Shown: positions 13,213 through 26,800, counted from the whole stretch's first letter. The stretch is 59,202 nt of DNA, filler included, from Sphacelaria rigidula (GCA_964200075.2; 3 parts of 3 records of this genome joined end to end with filler, not necessarily neighbours in it); one strand, 5' to 3'. Translations and numbers: made by a program. Notes: a model not told the origin generated them from the sequence alone.

Positions 13213-13950
13213 ACGTGGACTGGTCCATGGAGAACGGTTGGTGCTCACCACTCACATGTGTTGAGAACATTGTTTCGCGTCGTGTTTAGACCGCCAATGT
13301 AGCTCGTCTTCGTTTTCATGAAGACTCACAGCTTAGTGTTACGGCTAACGTTAGAGACGTGTTCCACCACGCTTTCAATCAGGGGCAATTTCAGATGGCT
13401 GGTTTTGTCCGAGTGGCAGAAGCACACGATCGTTAGTTGATCGTGGTGGTCGATTGGGTTGATTTCGAAGTCGAGGAGCGTACGTGGGAACCTTTCAAAG
13501 ATGTTTTTGTGGTCGCTCCGGAATTTCCCACTCAGGAGCTGCGTCAATTGCGCGTGACTGGTGCCATTGCTGCTCGCATTACGCGTTAGTTTGGTACTCA
13601 GGTTTGACTTGCTCATCGTTCTGACGCTTTCCATGTGTCAAGCTTGTGGGTTGATTTTCGTCCAACGCCCTTGGGGGGTGTTGTGACGAAATTACGCCGT
13701 CACGTTGAGTTGTTAGTGATGATCTGGGTAATGACCGGGGGTACGGGGATCCTGGAGGATTCGGAAAGGATTCTGGATAATGACCGGCGACACGGGGATA
13801 ATACCCTGCGGGTCTAGGAGGCTGTGTCTATAAGGGCACCCCGGGAATAATGAACTGTTGTAAAGGCTGACAACTGAAACTGACGCCAGTGAAACTGTGG
13901 GGTCCCTCAACAGCAGTGATCCTCCAGTTCTTCTTCTGGCTGGCGTCACA
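13213..13950 (+). mobile_element. 3' remnant of a second chromovirus: GPF/Y motif, chromodomain, PPT, LTR
   Basis: Hand translation gives WTGPW...VDWVDFEVEERTWEPFKDVF with stops. G-rich PPT at ~13673-13681. LTR TGTGACG (13682)...CGTCACA (13950). Confidence 0.8.
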
Positions 13951-14013
13951 GGCCATTTTTTCGTGACACTTTCTGGCTGGTTTTGGGGTGGGGCTATCGT
14001 AAAAAGTGTCCGT

Positions 14014-14264
14014 GAACCACGCTACGGTAGGGGGGGGGGGTGCTTTCCTCCCGAAAAAAAGGGCTCACAGGTATGTCAAACAAATAAACACACTTGCGGG
14101 GAGCTTGTATTAGGGTGAAAACGGTGTTTATCAGTATGACTGAGCGCTACGTATCGGTAACAAGCGCTTTGGAACAACCGTTGCTGCTTTCAACGACGAA
14201 TTGAAGTGGAATTTCGCTCAAGAAATGATCCCAAATCCCCCCCCCATACGGTGAAAATGACCTC
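14014..14264. mobile_element. diverged copy of the ~250-bp Sola-like MITE
   Basis: Colinear similarity to 39797-40048 and 41041-41290. Confidence 0.55.
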
Positions 14265-14954
14265 CCTGGAGGAAAGTAACCAGTACAGCAGCAGGGCAAG
14301 AAGATAGAAAAACCGATCGTGGGACGCCTGGATGGTTTACCATAAATATCGCCTGGCACAAACGTGGGGAACCTATGTCAAACGTGTTGAACTTGGCTTC
14401 AGGCTACGAGCCCGTGTTGGAGGCATTGTTTAGTGTCGGTGGGCCAGCATGAGAACTGAAAGGAGCCAGACCCCCAGCGAGCACTAGGATTGGGATATTC
14501 AAGTACGTTGAAGATAGTCCACCAAGACCAATAAAATGAACAAGCTGGAGATTCTCTCGAAGAAGATCGAGAGAGAGAGACAGTAAGGAAGGGTGGGCGG
14601 AGGAGTAAAGAGTGGTTGGGTAAGGTACTAGTAGTGCTGGTGTTTGGAGTACGTAGCGTAGATGAGCACCATTCATGATAATATTCCACGTAAGGACAAG
14701 CACAGAGAGGAAAAAAGAAAAAGAAGAAGAAGCAACAACAATAATTTGAGCAAGCCTCAAGAGGAATAAAAAATGGGCAACAAGGTGCCAAATACCAGTT
14801 GAAGTAACATTGCATATACCAGTGAATATAAGATTGCATGTATACTGTACATACACCAAAAATACTTCGCCATTGCCGAGTGCGTTCTGATCAGGTGGGT
14901 GTGGCCTGCTCACGTTGGACATATCAAAATTTGACTCCACAACTTTCGCAAGGA

Positions 14955-15996
14955 TCTGAAACGCTTGCCCGCACTGTCGAGTGACAGTTTTGAAATCGGT
15001 ATAGAGGGTAAGGTAAGTACCCAGTGCCGGTGTTTGGGACATCTCAATACCTACTATACCCGCTCAATCAAGTATTTTCAAAGCGCATACCTACGATACC
15101 TACGATGCTACGGTATTTCGAGATGTCGACACCTCCCATACCCGCTCAATCAGGTGTTTTCTAAACTCCTACCTACGATATCTACGATACCACGGTATTT
15201 CGAGAAACCAACACCTACCATACCCGCTCAATAAGGTATTTTCAAAACGCATACCTACGATACCTACGATGCTACGGTATTTCGAGATGTCGATACCTAC
15301 CATACCCGCTCAATCAGGTATTTCAAAACGCATACCTACGATATCTACGATACCACGGTATTTCGAGAAACCAACACCTACCATACCCGCTCAATAAGGT
15401 ATTTTCAAAACGCATACCTACGATACCTACGATATCACGGTATTCCGAGATATCGATACCTACAATACCCGCCCAATCAGGTACTTTCAAAACGCATACT
15501 TACGATACCTACGATACCACGGTATTTCGAGAAACCAACATCTACCATACCCGCTTAATCAGGTACTTTCAAAACGCATACTTACGATACCTACGATACC
15601 ACGGTATTTCGAGAAACCAACACCTACTATACCCGCCCAGTCAGGTACTTTCAAAACGCATACTTACGATACCTACGATACCACGGTATTCCGAGATGTC
15701 GATACCTACCATACCCGCTTAATCAGGTACTTTCAAAACGCATACCTACGATACACACGATACCACGGTATTCCGAGATTTCGACGTCTACCATACCCGC
15801 TTAATCAGGTATTTTCAAATGTCATACCTACGATACACACGATACCACGGTATTCCGAGATTTCGACATCTACCATACCCGCTTAATCAGGTGTTTTCAA
15901 ATGCCATACCTACGATACACACGCGTACCACGGTATGGGGTAACCGATAAATACCTGGGGTACGCTTGGTACGGTACCTCACCTACGGTGCCTGTG
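14955..15996 (+). repeat. about 11 copies of an 82-bp tandem unit ending in the right TIR of family A
   Basis: ACCTACGATA recurs at 15089, 15171, 15253, 15334 and onward. The end TACCTCACCTACGGTGCCTGTG (15975-15996) is the reverse complement of 31078-31099. Confidence 0.92.
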
Positions 15997-16456
15997 CTAC
16001 ATACGTACTATATGATGGTACCATTGTAGGATCACAACATTAACCGATGCCGTGTAGAAATATGTGTCAAGGTGGGAATGAACATTACATACATACCGTA
16101 TCGCCCTGTCTGACGTCTTGGGCCATTTTTCCCTACGGTCGTCTCCCGCCGCCAACGCTAATTCGTCATACCTCATGGCTATGCGCCTCTATCACCATTC
16201 CATGGGTGTTCATCTCGCCATCTGTACACATCCATAGCTCGCGAAACGGCAAATTCTTTCCCAGAGACGATCGTGCTCATCGGTGAATCTGTAATCAATT
16301 TACCCGACGTGCCCTGCCGCTGTACGTTGACGATCAACAATGTTTTTGTGAAATTGAGAGTTGAAGATCCAATTGAGAGCGACCCGTTTATTCGAACCGC
16401 GATAACGGGGACCTTTTGAACTGTTCCACGACACTTTGAGTTGTAGTATAAAATAA

Positions 16457-16661
16457 AGGTATCTCAAACTCGGCTCCCGGTATCCTGGTTTGTTCTGTTC
16501 TATTTTTTAAGTGAAAGTGATGCCGATCCATCAGATGATGAGACCCGTTGACCGCCGGGTCAGGTCCTCCTATGAATCGAGATCACTTTCACTTGAAAAA
16601 TAGTACACAACTCAGAGCCAGCGAATAAACCAGGATACCGGGAGCCGAGTTTGAGATTCCT
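16457..16661. mobile_element. palindromic MITE, possibly Kolobok-like
   Basis: ~38-bp TIRs (AGGTATCTCAAACTCGGCTCCCGGTATCCTGGTTT) plus an inner inverted repeat. Flanks ATAA and CTAA resemble a decayed TTAA duplication. Confidence 0.7.
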
Positions 16662-17333
16662 CTAACAAGAAGCTAGTTGACTCTTGGAGCAGACCTACTC
16701 AAACTTTGAGAAGAGTATACGTTACTCCGTTCCCCGTCCTCCAACAAAGGCCATGACCGGTCTTGTCGGTACGGCGTGGGCAGGGTATTTTCGGCGGGTG
16801 TAGGGCCAGAATCACCTCCAAGGAGTGACCCCTTCTCACTGCTGCTACACTTGGCCAAGGCTGTGGTGTGGTGGTAGAGTTGGATCAACACGGTGCTCAT
16901 CAGGCACACCCACCCCTGTTGTAGTTCAGCGGTATAACATGTTACAACCTGAGTGCGGGCATATCCTGTAGCATTTGACTCGTTTTTCACAACGATCCTT
17001 GTTTGATTATTTGTTGGGATGTTTGATTCGTTACTCCATGTTATGTTTTCTCGGGGGCGTTTTCCACCTACTCTTGCTTACAGTCCATCATTACTTTTTT
17101 TGCTCTTCCTCTATTAATATTACACTGTTGCACCGGTGTCTTCTATCCCTGTGTGCCTCGTTTTACTACAGTTTTTTTAAAACAGCACCTTCAAGACCAT
17201 ACATGAACATCAGACGAGCCCACACTGAAACCACGCCCCTGCTGCTTTTGCTGTTCGATGTTGCTTGTCCCGAACGCACCGGCGCAATGCCGGGATCCAT
17301 TTATAATCGTCGTTACCGCATCACACCATGCAC

Positions 17334-17437
17334 GGGTGGCCACTGGGGTGCCTACGACCTCAAATTTGGACGTTACAGACGTTGCACAAGGTCTGTAACG
17401 TCCGAATTGGAGGTTACAGGCACCTCAGTGGGCACCC
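17334..17437. other. hairpin with 47-bp arms and a 10-nt loop
   Basis: Arms differ at 7 of 47 positions; 3 of these are G-U compatible on the + strand. Confidence 0.8.
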
Positions 17438-18456
17438 ATGTGTTAGTGATCGGAGGCTTCTCCCCTTGTTTGTTTTTCTGTTCCTGTTTTCCTCTTCCGC
17501 TTCCTCTGTCTTCTGTTTCTTTCATATAATTATCCATCTCTTCCGCTACTATACTGTTCTTATTTGCGGCCTTTTCTATGCTTTTTCCTCCCTTCCGCTT
17601 GCCTTCCTTATTCTTTTTTTCATTAGCCATCACTTTTCTACTCTGCCACTATTCTATGTTTGCGAATTTCTCGACACATTTATTTCCCCTCCCGCTGGCA
17701 TTTTTCTTGCTGTTAATATTTTTCTCTTTCGCCATCACATTGTTTTATACTAGTGATACCTTCACATCATCGTCTGAATTTAGCTGTCGTAGCCCACGAT
17801 GCATTATTCCCGTCATTTTCTTCTTTCACTGACTCACATATTGATTTTTGTTTTTCCTTTTGCTCCCCTGTCTGCCGTATGGTACCCCTTGATTTTCTGC
17901 CGTTTTTCTCCTCTTTTCCTACATTTTCAGTTATATTTTCTCTATTCCCCGTGGTAATTTTACTCTCCAGCAATCTTCGCTATTTTGTTTAACTTTTATG
18001 TTGCAAGCGTACAGCACGCCCATCCATCGTGTATTTTTGGCAAATATTTCGCGAGAGCCGTTGCCTGATGCACGAAAGTACACCCCAGGTGCATCGGGCT
18101 TGAGAAACCTGCGATGGCAAACTTCAGGGACGACCACTCAGCGCAACCACAGCCAACTCGGGGTAACGGGTGAGGTCGGGCATGGACAGCGGCTCCACCA
18201 ACTGCAGCCAATTGAGGTTTTGCTAGACATCGAAGAAGGTGGTGTAACTATATATCAGTAAGGTTGGAGAGTAAGGTCAACAGGTGAGACGGCACTCTAT
18301 ACCTTTGCGCGGCAGGCGTTTCTCCGCTTCCATCCCTGCTCAGAGTAAGGTTCCCCCGACGCACATCGTTGGATCCTGAATCGCACCCCTGCCTCTGACC
18401 TCCCGACTGACGGGTCCGTAACATACTCGTGAGATTGATCAAGGTCGACCCAAACA

Positions 18457-18702
18457 CATCTAGAGTAGATCCCCGTCATACCTCCCTCCCCGGGCAGCAC
18501 GTCCCAGCAGTGTCGCTCGTCCCAACCGCCTCCAAGGTAAGCGTATCAAGACAAGTATGAAATAGGTGGGCGAATCGGTCATCTGGAGTAGATCCCCGTC
18601 ATACCTCCCTCCCCGGGCAGCACGTCCCAGCAGTGTCGCTCGTCCCAACCGCCTCCAAGGTAAGCGTATCAAGACAAGAATGAAATAGGTGGGTGAATCG
18701 GT
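18457..18702. repeat. tandem duplication, 2 x 123 bp
   Basis: Near-identical units start at 18457 and 18580. Confidence 0.92.
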
Positions 18703-19147
18703 GAAACGGGAGCTGATAGGCGTCCTGCTGAGCTTTCTAGACACTGGGCTGTTCTCTACGAACCCGAAGCAGGTTCTGGTCACCATCAACGGTGAGCTAC
18801 GACTACCCCTTGTTCAAGAGTACTGTACCCCATTCGCAGCAAATCAACGCCACCTCTTCTTTTGCCGAGTAGTGTCATCATGTAGCTCCCCAAGTGGTTG
18901 ACCCGAGACCGCCCGCACAGCACCGATCAAGATTCTGTCATAGGTGTGAGTACTAGCCATTCCGCACAGTCAGCGAACGAACGAAGGTAGACGAAGTGTT
19001 CTCTGCAGGGGGGGAGACGCCTAGTTCATCCGCAGACCTCCAACTGAACACAGTGGCGAATGGTTGTGCTCTGCAGACCCTTACTAACGCATCCAATCTG
19101 ATCGCCAGCAAGGAGGCCCTTTGCGAGAACAGGTGCAATCGGACCTG

Positions 19148-19674
19148 AGGGGGGGCGTACTCACTTGTTGCTTACCTTAGTCATTTGACCCTTGACCACG
19201 CATCCCTTTTGAGACGGAGCACCGCTCCTACTCCTAACAGAGACACCTTCAACATTCCGGCGCTCATTACGCTTCTTCCATAGCTCATTACGTTTCCTCC
19301 GTACATTGTGCAAAAATCATTCACATATCTAACACATCAAACGATTTCATGCCACTTTCGTTCACGTCCCGCATTTTTTCCCCCCCTAGCACATCACGTT
19401 CCTCCTTGTATAGTTCACATCCTGCCACTATATGACTTCTGCTCTCTATTGCTTTGCCACAGAGGCAGCTCTGTCCATCTACCTCCTCCTCTTTCCGACT
19501 ACCAGTGTCCTTCTTTCTTCTTTCGGGCAGGTCCAGGTCCCACACCCTACACCGCAGTTTCATTTTTTTCGCCGCGTACACGGGACAATACAGATACAGT
19601 AGTCAGCGTCAAACAGCCGATTCTAAGTTTTGGGGTTGAATCATAATATGAGGTTGAAGTCCCATCCCTCCATT
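19148..19674 (-). mobile_element. 3' end of a non-LTR retrotransposon (LINE)
   Basis: ORF 19321-19581 has the ORF2 C-terminal Cys/His knuckle CLCGKAIESRSHIVAGCELY. The same 3' tail (AGTACGCCCC) recurs at ~28790 and ~48535. Confidence 0.8.
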
Positions 19675-19774
19675 NNNNNNNNNNNNNNNNNNNNNNNNNN
19701 NNNNNNNNNNNNNNNNNNTTAATTAATTAANNNNNNNNNNNNNNNNNNNNNNNNNNNNNNNNNNNNNNNNNNNN
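19675..19774. other. assembly gap spacer
   Basis: 44 N + TTAATTAATTAA + 44 N. Confidence 0.98.
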
Positions 19775-20645
19775 AGTCAGCGCTGACTTGTCAGTAGTCT
19801 AGTTGGTTGTCTCTTAAACCGTCACAAATAACAGTTGTTATTTTTTATTCTCATATTGCGACCTGTTTGTTCAACATTTCTCTCTCTCTGGGGATCTAGC
19901 GCACAAGCGCTCTGCCATCGTGGAGGTTGAGTGAGCGAGGTAAACGGGGCAAGGGAGGCCTGGCGCGGTCGGCGGTGCAACTGACTACGGCACGGGCCCC
20001 GCTGCAGTCGCGTGTCGTAACGGCATCTGGCGTTATACGGTACAAATAGGTCAAAACGCACTTCACTTCAACTTTTTTCAGCGACGCGTTCATGTTGATG
20101 TGCTGTACGATGCTGGTGGAGGCGCATACTGCGTCAATGAAAACATTGAGTTGGAATCTGCGCCGATAAGACAGGACCTTTTGAAACTACAGGTACTATT
20201 TTTCTTAACTCGTTTCGTTCGTATTTTTCTGTTGTGTTTTCTTTCGGTTGTTGGTTACATCCATTACTTCGCAGTCATGTTCTAGCTCCACACCATATAT
20301 AATTGCGAACATCAAAACACCCACCGATTGTTTACATGTTCGAAGAAGCATATATACACGAGACCGCGCTAGAGATCCCCCCACCCTAAAACTGTTTCGT
20401 TACATTTTCCGTGAAAAAGCGAACACGTTTTGACGCATAATTGCCATGCACATCTTCATAAAACCATTATTCCGCCACCGCGCCTGAGACCCCCTCTGTT
20501 CGGTCCATGTTGATATTTCGAAAACGACAATCTTATTAACCCATGTAGCTTTCTCAAGCAGCTGAATTACATGCCTTTTTGCTACTCGCCCACCTCGCTA
20601 CCCGGCCCTCCATCCGCGCTTCTCGTCATGATTGTTCACACGCAG

Positions 20646-20830
20646 AACACCCATGACATCCTGCGATCGAATCCATCACTCCATTATCCAACACCGGCGG
20701 CAGGATTTTCCGGTAGCAGCGGCTTCCTGTTCACGCCAGATCCGATCGCATTCTCTATTCCAGGATCCGCGGAACGTTCCGACGCAACAAAAAAAGTATC
20801 GTCGGCATCGTCGTGGTCATCAAGCACAAG
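20646..20830 (+). CDS. RTTN: rotatin-like exon
   Basis: cgcag/AAC...AAG/gtttgc; ends phase 2. Confidence 0.6.
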
Positions 20831-23800
20831 GTTTGCCTCCTTTGTCCGTTTTTTTCCTCTTTCGCGAATGGTCGTGGTATTTCCCCCCTCATTTTTTTCA
20901 CGGAACCAAAGACACACGGTCGGCCGGTATCTGGTGGTTTAGCTGATATCTTGGTGTGCCCTTGGTCACCATCCGCGAGGTGTACAGTGGCGAGGGCTAA
21001 GCCGTCTGTCGCGTGGTGACAACAAAATATGTGTGTTTCTCGGTTTGGTGAGCATCTTGTTATGGTGTTGTATTTCGGCTCTGTCTGTTGCATGTTGTTG
21101 ACATTGTGTCCCGTGTTTCATGACCAGTCTGCCATTATTTAGCTCCCCCACTCCCCCCCCCACCGCGCGAACGTGGTTTACCCCCTGTCTTACGCGGCCA
21201 GTACACCCGTGGACTTCTCAACACAGGGTGTCCTGCCAACAATACCCGTACCCCAAACGCCAGAGCTCTATGGGTACCAGTACAAAGATATACCCGCACG
21301 GTCGCTTCTCATACTCCAGTATTCCTTCCAATGGTACGTGTGGAAAGCGTCATTTTCGTCGATAAAAAAACGACCGCATTGGACCTTACCCTCGCTATAT
21401 CGCTGAGAACACAGTAAGAGCAATACCCGATCACAAGCATAACCCGTTCTATTCCGGAGGCGCATTCTTAGTGGAGCAACACCGTTACCTCCATTCTGTA
21501 CACTAGGAAAGCGATCATATCACGGAGTCGCTTACGGTGCCCTCGATATGAAAATAGAGCCACGCAGCGAACAAGTGGGGCAGTCATCACCGCCCGCAGT
21601 AGTCCACCATGATGACCAGAATGAAGACAGAAACAAGAAGTTCCTGTTCACGCTGAGTGAGTCTGCTCTGAAATGTTCACTACATCAAAATACCCAACCT
21701 TGAAATCGGTTATCTTAACTTCTTCCTACTGAAATTGCTCCCCATAAGTCTAACTTCGTGTGAAAACGACAACATTTGTTTTCTTTATTCTACCTTGCTC
21801 TTCCCTGTTCCGAAATTGCACGGGAACACACGCGCACACGAAACCCGCCCCGACTAACGTTTGCTACACCACAGCAGCCTGCCGGCGTTCTCTCCCGAGC
21901 ACGTTCGCAACCTGGCCGACGCAGCTGGCTCCCCGACCCTGGAGGTGGGGCTCAGGACAGCGGCAGCAGAGCAGCTGCGTGGCGTTTTGGTGGCGCCAGG
22001 GGTTGCTCGAGCCATTTTGCAGAACGATCTTGATGCTGAAGGGGGTGATCCCGACGGCAACCGGAACAAGACAAAAGGCAGTAGTTTTGGAGATGAGGTG
22101 AGCGTATACTTTGGCTGAAGTGGTGGGTAGTTAAGATTGGGGGTGTCCGCATGTTCGTTTTCGAGGGGTGTTCACGCCTTCCACGATTGCACTTTCCAAA
22201 TCGGCACCAAAACGCCGATAGTATCATACTTCGAAGTATGCGTTTTAATGCACCACACGCCGCCTCCTTGTATGGAAACAATGACCAGGGGATGTCGTCG
22301 CTAAGCTCTCGAGTTCTGCGGGCAGCGTGTTCGTTTCTCCTTCCCAAGTCCGCGTTGCCGACCCCTTGGACCTCTTCCGCCGGTACGGCCAACAACAAAA
22401 ATTCTGAGGAGGTTTTCCTGGGTTTGCTCTGGACGGCTGTGTGGAAGTTCCCCCCCGTGCGACTTACTCTAGCGAAGGGTGGTGGTTCTGGCAATCGAAT
22501 CGACTCTGAGGAGGTGGGACGTTGTGTGGTTGGGTATTCCATGTTTTGGGGGGTATGGGCGTTCTTGCTTTGAAATTGTGGCGTGTGCGAAATGAGTTGG
22601 TTTTTTTCTAGTCCGCCGTTTTGTTTGCTGCCTGTCTGTTGCCAGTCGAAACATCTCATTGTCACCAACACGTGCAGTGTTTTTTTTTTGTCTTTTCCTT
22701 TCGCTGTAAAATCACAGCGTGCGACACCAGATCTTTCAAAAGTCGAACATGCGGGTTTTTAGTAGGCATTCACTGAACGGAATGCCCCGTCCGGTGCAGG
22801 CAGGGTACATATGCTGCTGTTGGTGAATAATACGTCACATTCTGCCATCAGTTCGGCAAAATATCACAACCTCTTGTTCTAATGGGTGAAAATTCCGGTG
22901 TGCCGTCATCATGCTTGTTTTTGTTGATGCCTTTATGCAGATCACGGGCGAAATGGTGGCAACGGCAGTTCTCCGACGACTCTTCGACACGCGGCCGGCC
23001 GTTCGGCGACTCGCCAGCCGGATCGCCGTCCGTGTGGCTTTCGATGCCCCGACGTTTTTCAGCGTCTTCGCTCCTTCACCGTCACCGCTATCATCAGTAG
23101 CAGTGCGGTACGGCACCCCGCCCTCAACATGTCCAACGTCCCCAGCTGACAAATCAACGCACAGCGACTTCGACGACAACTTCTACGTCTCCCCTATTCT
23201 GTACAGGGCTTACCCGAAGCTCCACAACTGGAACGATTGTCGCCAGGCCACATCGACGTCACCCACGAGGTTCGATTTGATTGGAATCCGGCTGTTTCAC
23301 CTTTTTCATTGAGCATTTTTTTCTTTTTCTACGCACCAGCCCAATCGCTCAGATCCGCGATAAGCGGGTCCGATGTTTTTACCTCACGAGACAAGAAACG
23401 GAAAATGGATTAAAAGCGTAACAGCTACCGTTATACAGATCACCATGGCGCTGACAGCAGGCACCCCCAAGTATGGCATGCTCCTGTAGATGGCGGGAAA
23501 GAACACCCCTCTGTGACAGAGATCGGTAGCCTCGATTATCTCTGCGAGACGACCGTACTAGTCACGCCGGACCCTAGCTTCGTTGAAAGGTGATTTGATC
23601 GGTTGAATGATTGATTGATTGTCGCACATTGACTGACCGCCCAGGGATCCAGCGGGTGGATATGATCCATAGGATAGACGTACCCGGGATGAAACAAGAC
23701 CGGAAACACTCGCTGAAGAAAAGTGAAGAAAAACAGAAAGATAAAACAGACAGAGTAGACTTGGAGAAGAATAACGTAACTTGAAGAAATTAAAGGTATC

Positions 23801-26800
23801 CAGTCGATTTTTGCCTTCGAAGTCTGTTGTTGTTCTACATCTTTCGATGATTCGACGTCTTTTCCTGTTGAGACTAGGCTGAAAATGTTGTCACTGGTGT
23901 GTGTGTGTAGTGGGGGGGGGTAGGCAGGGGATTCCCATTCGTTGCAGTCCTCGTGTCCACAATTGTCTCACCATGAGAGACCCATGCTCAAGAAAAGTAG
24001 CTCGGCCGAGGGCGATTTTGTGTACTTTCCTTGTTTCCGCCATAACAGTGATTTCACGCAGCGAACGTTTGTCGCTAGTCCCAAGAATTGAAAACGATAT
24101 TCGGGACAATCAAGAACTTCTTGTTTTGATCTTATCGTAGCGAAAATTCTCCACGTGTTATTTTCCAGCATTGCCATTGTTTTTGTCTTTCAACCATTTT
24201 TTTTGTTCTTGTGCCTGTAGACCTTGTCTGGTCAAATGTGTTCGGACTATTTTCGAGCGTCACTGTCTGCCAGTGCGTTGGTTACATTCTCGCGTCTCCA
24301 ATAATGCGATGTTGGGTGCGTGCGGCGTGCCCACTCGGATTCTCGCCGTTGGGTTTCTACCGTGGGATTTCCATGGCTCGACATCGGGTCGGAGTAGAAC
24401 GACTAGTATCAAGAAAAGTCGGAAGGCGTCCGCTTTTCACAACTGACAGCGAGGGCATTCCCCCTGGTTTTGAAAATTTTCACCGTTGTTTGCCAGGTAC
24501 GACGACGAATCGTGGGTGTATGACCGAGTGGGCGATGACGTAACGCCACGCAATCACGAACGAAGAGTGCTGGAGGGGAGTGACTACTCGCTGGTGGGGC
24601 CTCTCATGATCGTTGGCGAATCTGGATGTGGCCAAGGCTGTCGGGGTGCGTGCTGTCAGTGCGTCGACATTTTTTTTCATTCTACGTTCCTTTTACCATG
24701 TCACGACGTGGCTTCACATGTGCTTGGAACAAGGTATCACCCTTGTCTCGGACGTATGGTCACGGCACGGACACGGCTGTGATCGCAACACGTTCCGTTT
24801 GTGTTTAATACTCCGCGAATTCGGCTTGCATACAAGGTAACCTGGTTCGAAATTGTCGAGATTTTCGCGTCCGAAGACGCCACTGGGTTCCGCGAAAAGA
24901 AAAAGAGAAGGGACTGCCGAACTGCCAAAATGGATCTCGATCAGCGAGAAGTACACTCAGCTCGATTGGAGAGCATCGACTGATTGATGTGATCGATTGA
25001 TTTGTCGCATTTTGACTGATCTCCCAGGGATCCAGCCGTGGTCACATGATGAACGCACCCGAGATAAAAAAAAAAAACGGAAATGGAAACACTCGCTGAA
25101 GCAGAGTAAAGGAAACAGAAATGTAGAACATAACGCTGGCTAGAGCTCGAGATAAGAAACTGATTTTTGTGCTGGATACGTTGGCGACAGGTTGAGTGGA
25201 TTTCACGCATATCAAATTAAATTGCCCGTGTGTGTCGGTACCCGCTTCGGCCCCACGCTGAGGTGAAGCGCGCGATGAACACAATATGAAAACTCGAAGG
25301 TTCAATCAGTTGCCACGTGTTTGTCACGCGATGCGATGCATGGAATGACTCTAGTGAGACGACAAGCAGCGCGACGCTGCCCTCAGCTGAGAGTTCGCCG
25401 ATAAACCCAATGCAGCTCAACAATTTTTGCGTCGGAGCTTTGTTATGGCATTATCCACGAAACAGCCGTCAATCGATCTATTTCTCGGGTGGTTGGAGTT
25501 TATTCGCGTGTGATTCGTTTTCGAGGAAAGCGGCAGTCATGTGATGGGTGGTCGATTCCTCTGCCACTTTGGATCAGCCTAACACCAGAACTACTGTAAG
25601 CTTGACTGATTATTCTCCACCAATACACTGATTTCATGTTGCCACTAAGCATCCCTCGCTAAACAGAATGCCTTCTCCAGTACCGACCTAATGCATATGC
25701 CATTGACGAGCAATATTCAGAATGCTGCAGCAGACGTGTAATGCCCCGTTGTTATTCTCCGCGTGTCATGTTTTTTGTTTTAGTTCGGCCGTTGTTTTCT
25801 GTGCTTTCCTTCTGTTGACTTTTTTTTTGTACGTCTGAGTCTACCATGCCGTTCTGCTCGTCTCTTTTTTTTTTCTTTTCTGTTCCTTCTTTTCACTTCA
25901 GCGAGTGTTTCAGTTTTGTTTTTGTTGGGTACGTCCATCATGAGACCACGACTGGATCATGACTCCTGGGGGGTCAAGTGAAGTGCGACAATCAATCGAC
26001 CAATCAGTCAATGATGTGAAGCTGTCGAATCAATCACCCGCGAGTGAGTGTTTCGTCGCCTGGCACCATGATGCTGCTGCTGCTGCTATTGCCGCCGTTG
26101 CCTGGTCACCCTTCGCCGTTGCTGGATGCAGGTGCTGGTACCGAGCTCTGCGCCGCGATCGCTGTGCCAAAGCAGACAGAGAACACTGACCGCTACGATG
26201 TTGTGCTGAGGCTGGCCGCTGGAGAGTGGAAGAAGAAGAAGGTGGTTGGTTTATGCCGCGAAGATATGTTTTTATTTTCCTGTCCATTAGACTCTCACGA
26301 TCAGTAGTCCAAGGCTTCTAAGGCTAGAATTGTAAGAATGCATTTTTGTCTGTTTTGTGATACAGTTGGTAGGCTTAGCACTCCCGCGCGTTTGGCAACG
26401 TTGTAATTGTTCGACGACAGCCTCGCGGTATATCCGAGGGTAGATCAGGTAGGGTACGTATTATTTTTGAGTACTCGGGTAGAATACCCGAGCATTTACG
26501 CTACTCAAGGTTTGGGCAGATTGGGTACGGCCTCCAATACTCTGCCCAAATTTTGGGTAGATTGGGTACGGCCTCAAATACTCTACCCAAATATTGAGTA
26601 AGCACCCTCAGCAATACCTGGGTATAGAGTATCACTCGGGTATGGCCTCAATACTCTACCCAAAATTTGGGTATGTTGAGTACGATCTAAATAACATTGC
26701 CCAATTTTCGGGGGGATTGCGTACGAGTTCAATACTTGACCCAAATATTGGATAAGGCCGTGTCGTATCACGTTAAACTTCGATCGTAAAAAAAGTGCGG

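Noticed and set aside
15040..15930. CRISPR-like array
   Set aside because: Whole 82-bp units are homologous with no unique spacers, there are no cas genes, and the array ends in a transposon TIR.
19719..19730. TTAATTAATTAA as a biological motif (also 39487-39498)
   Set aside because: It is centred in identical 100-nt N spacers, so it is an artificial six-frame-stop linker.
20082..20192. additional upstream rotatin exon
   Set aside because: AG/GT bounded and phase-compatible, but I recognise no rotatin motif; left unassigned.
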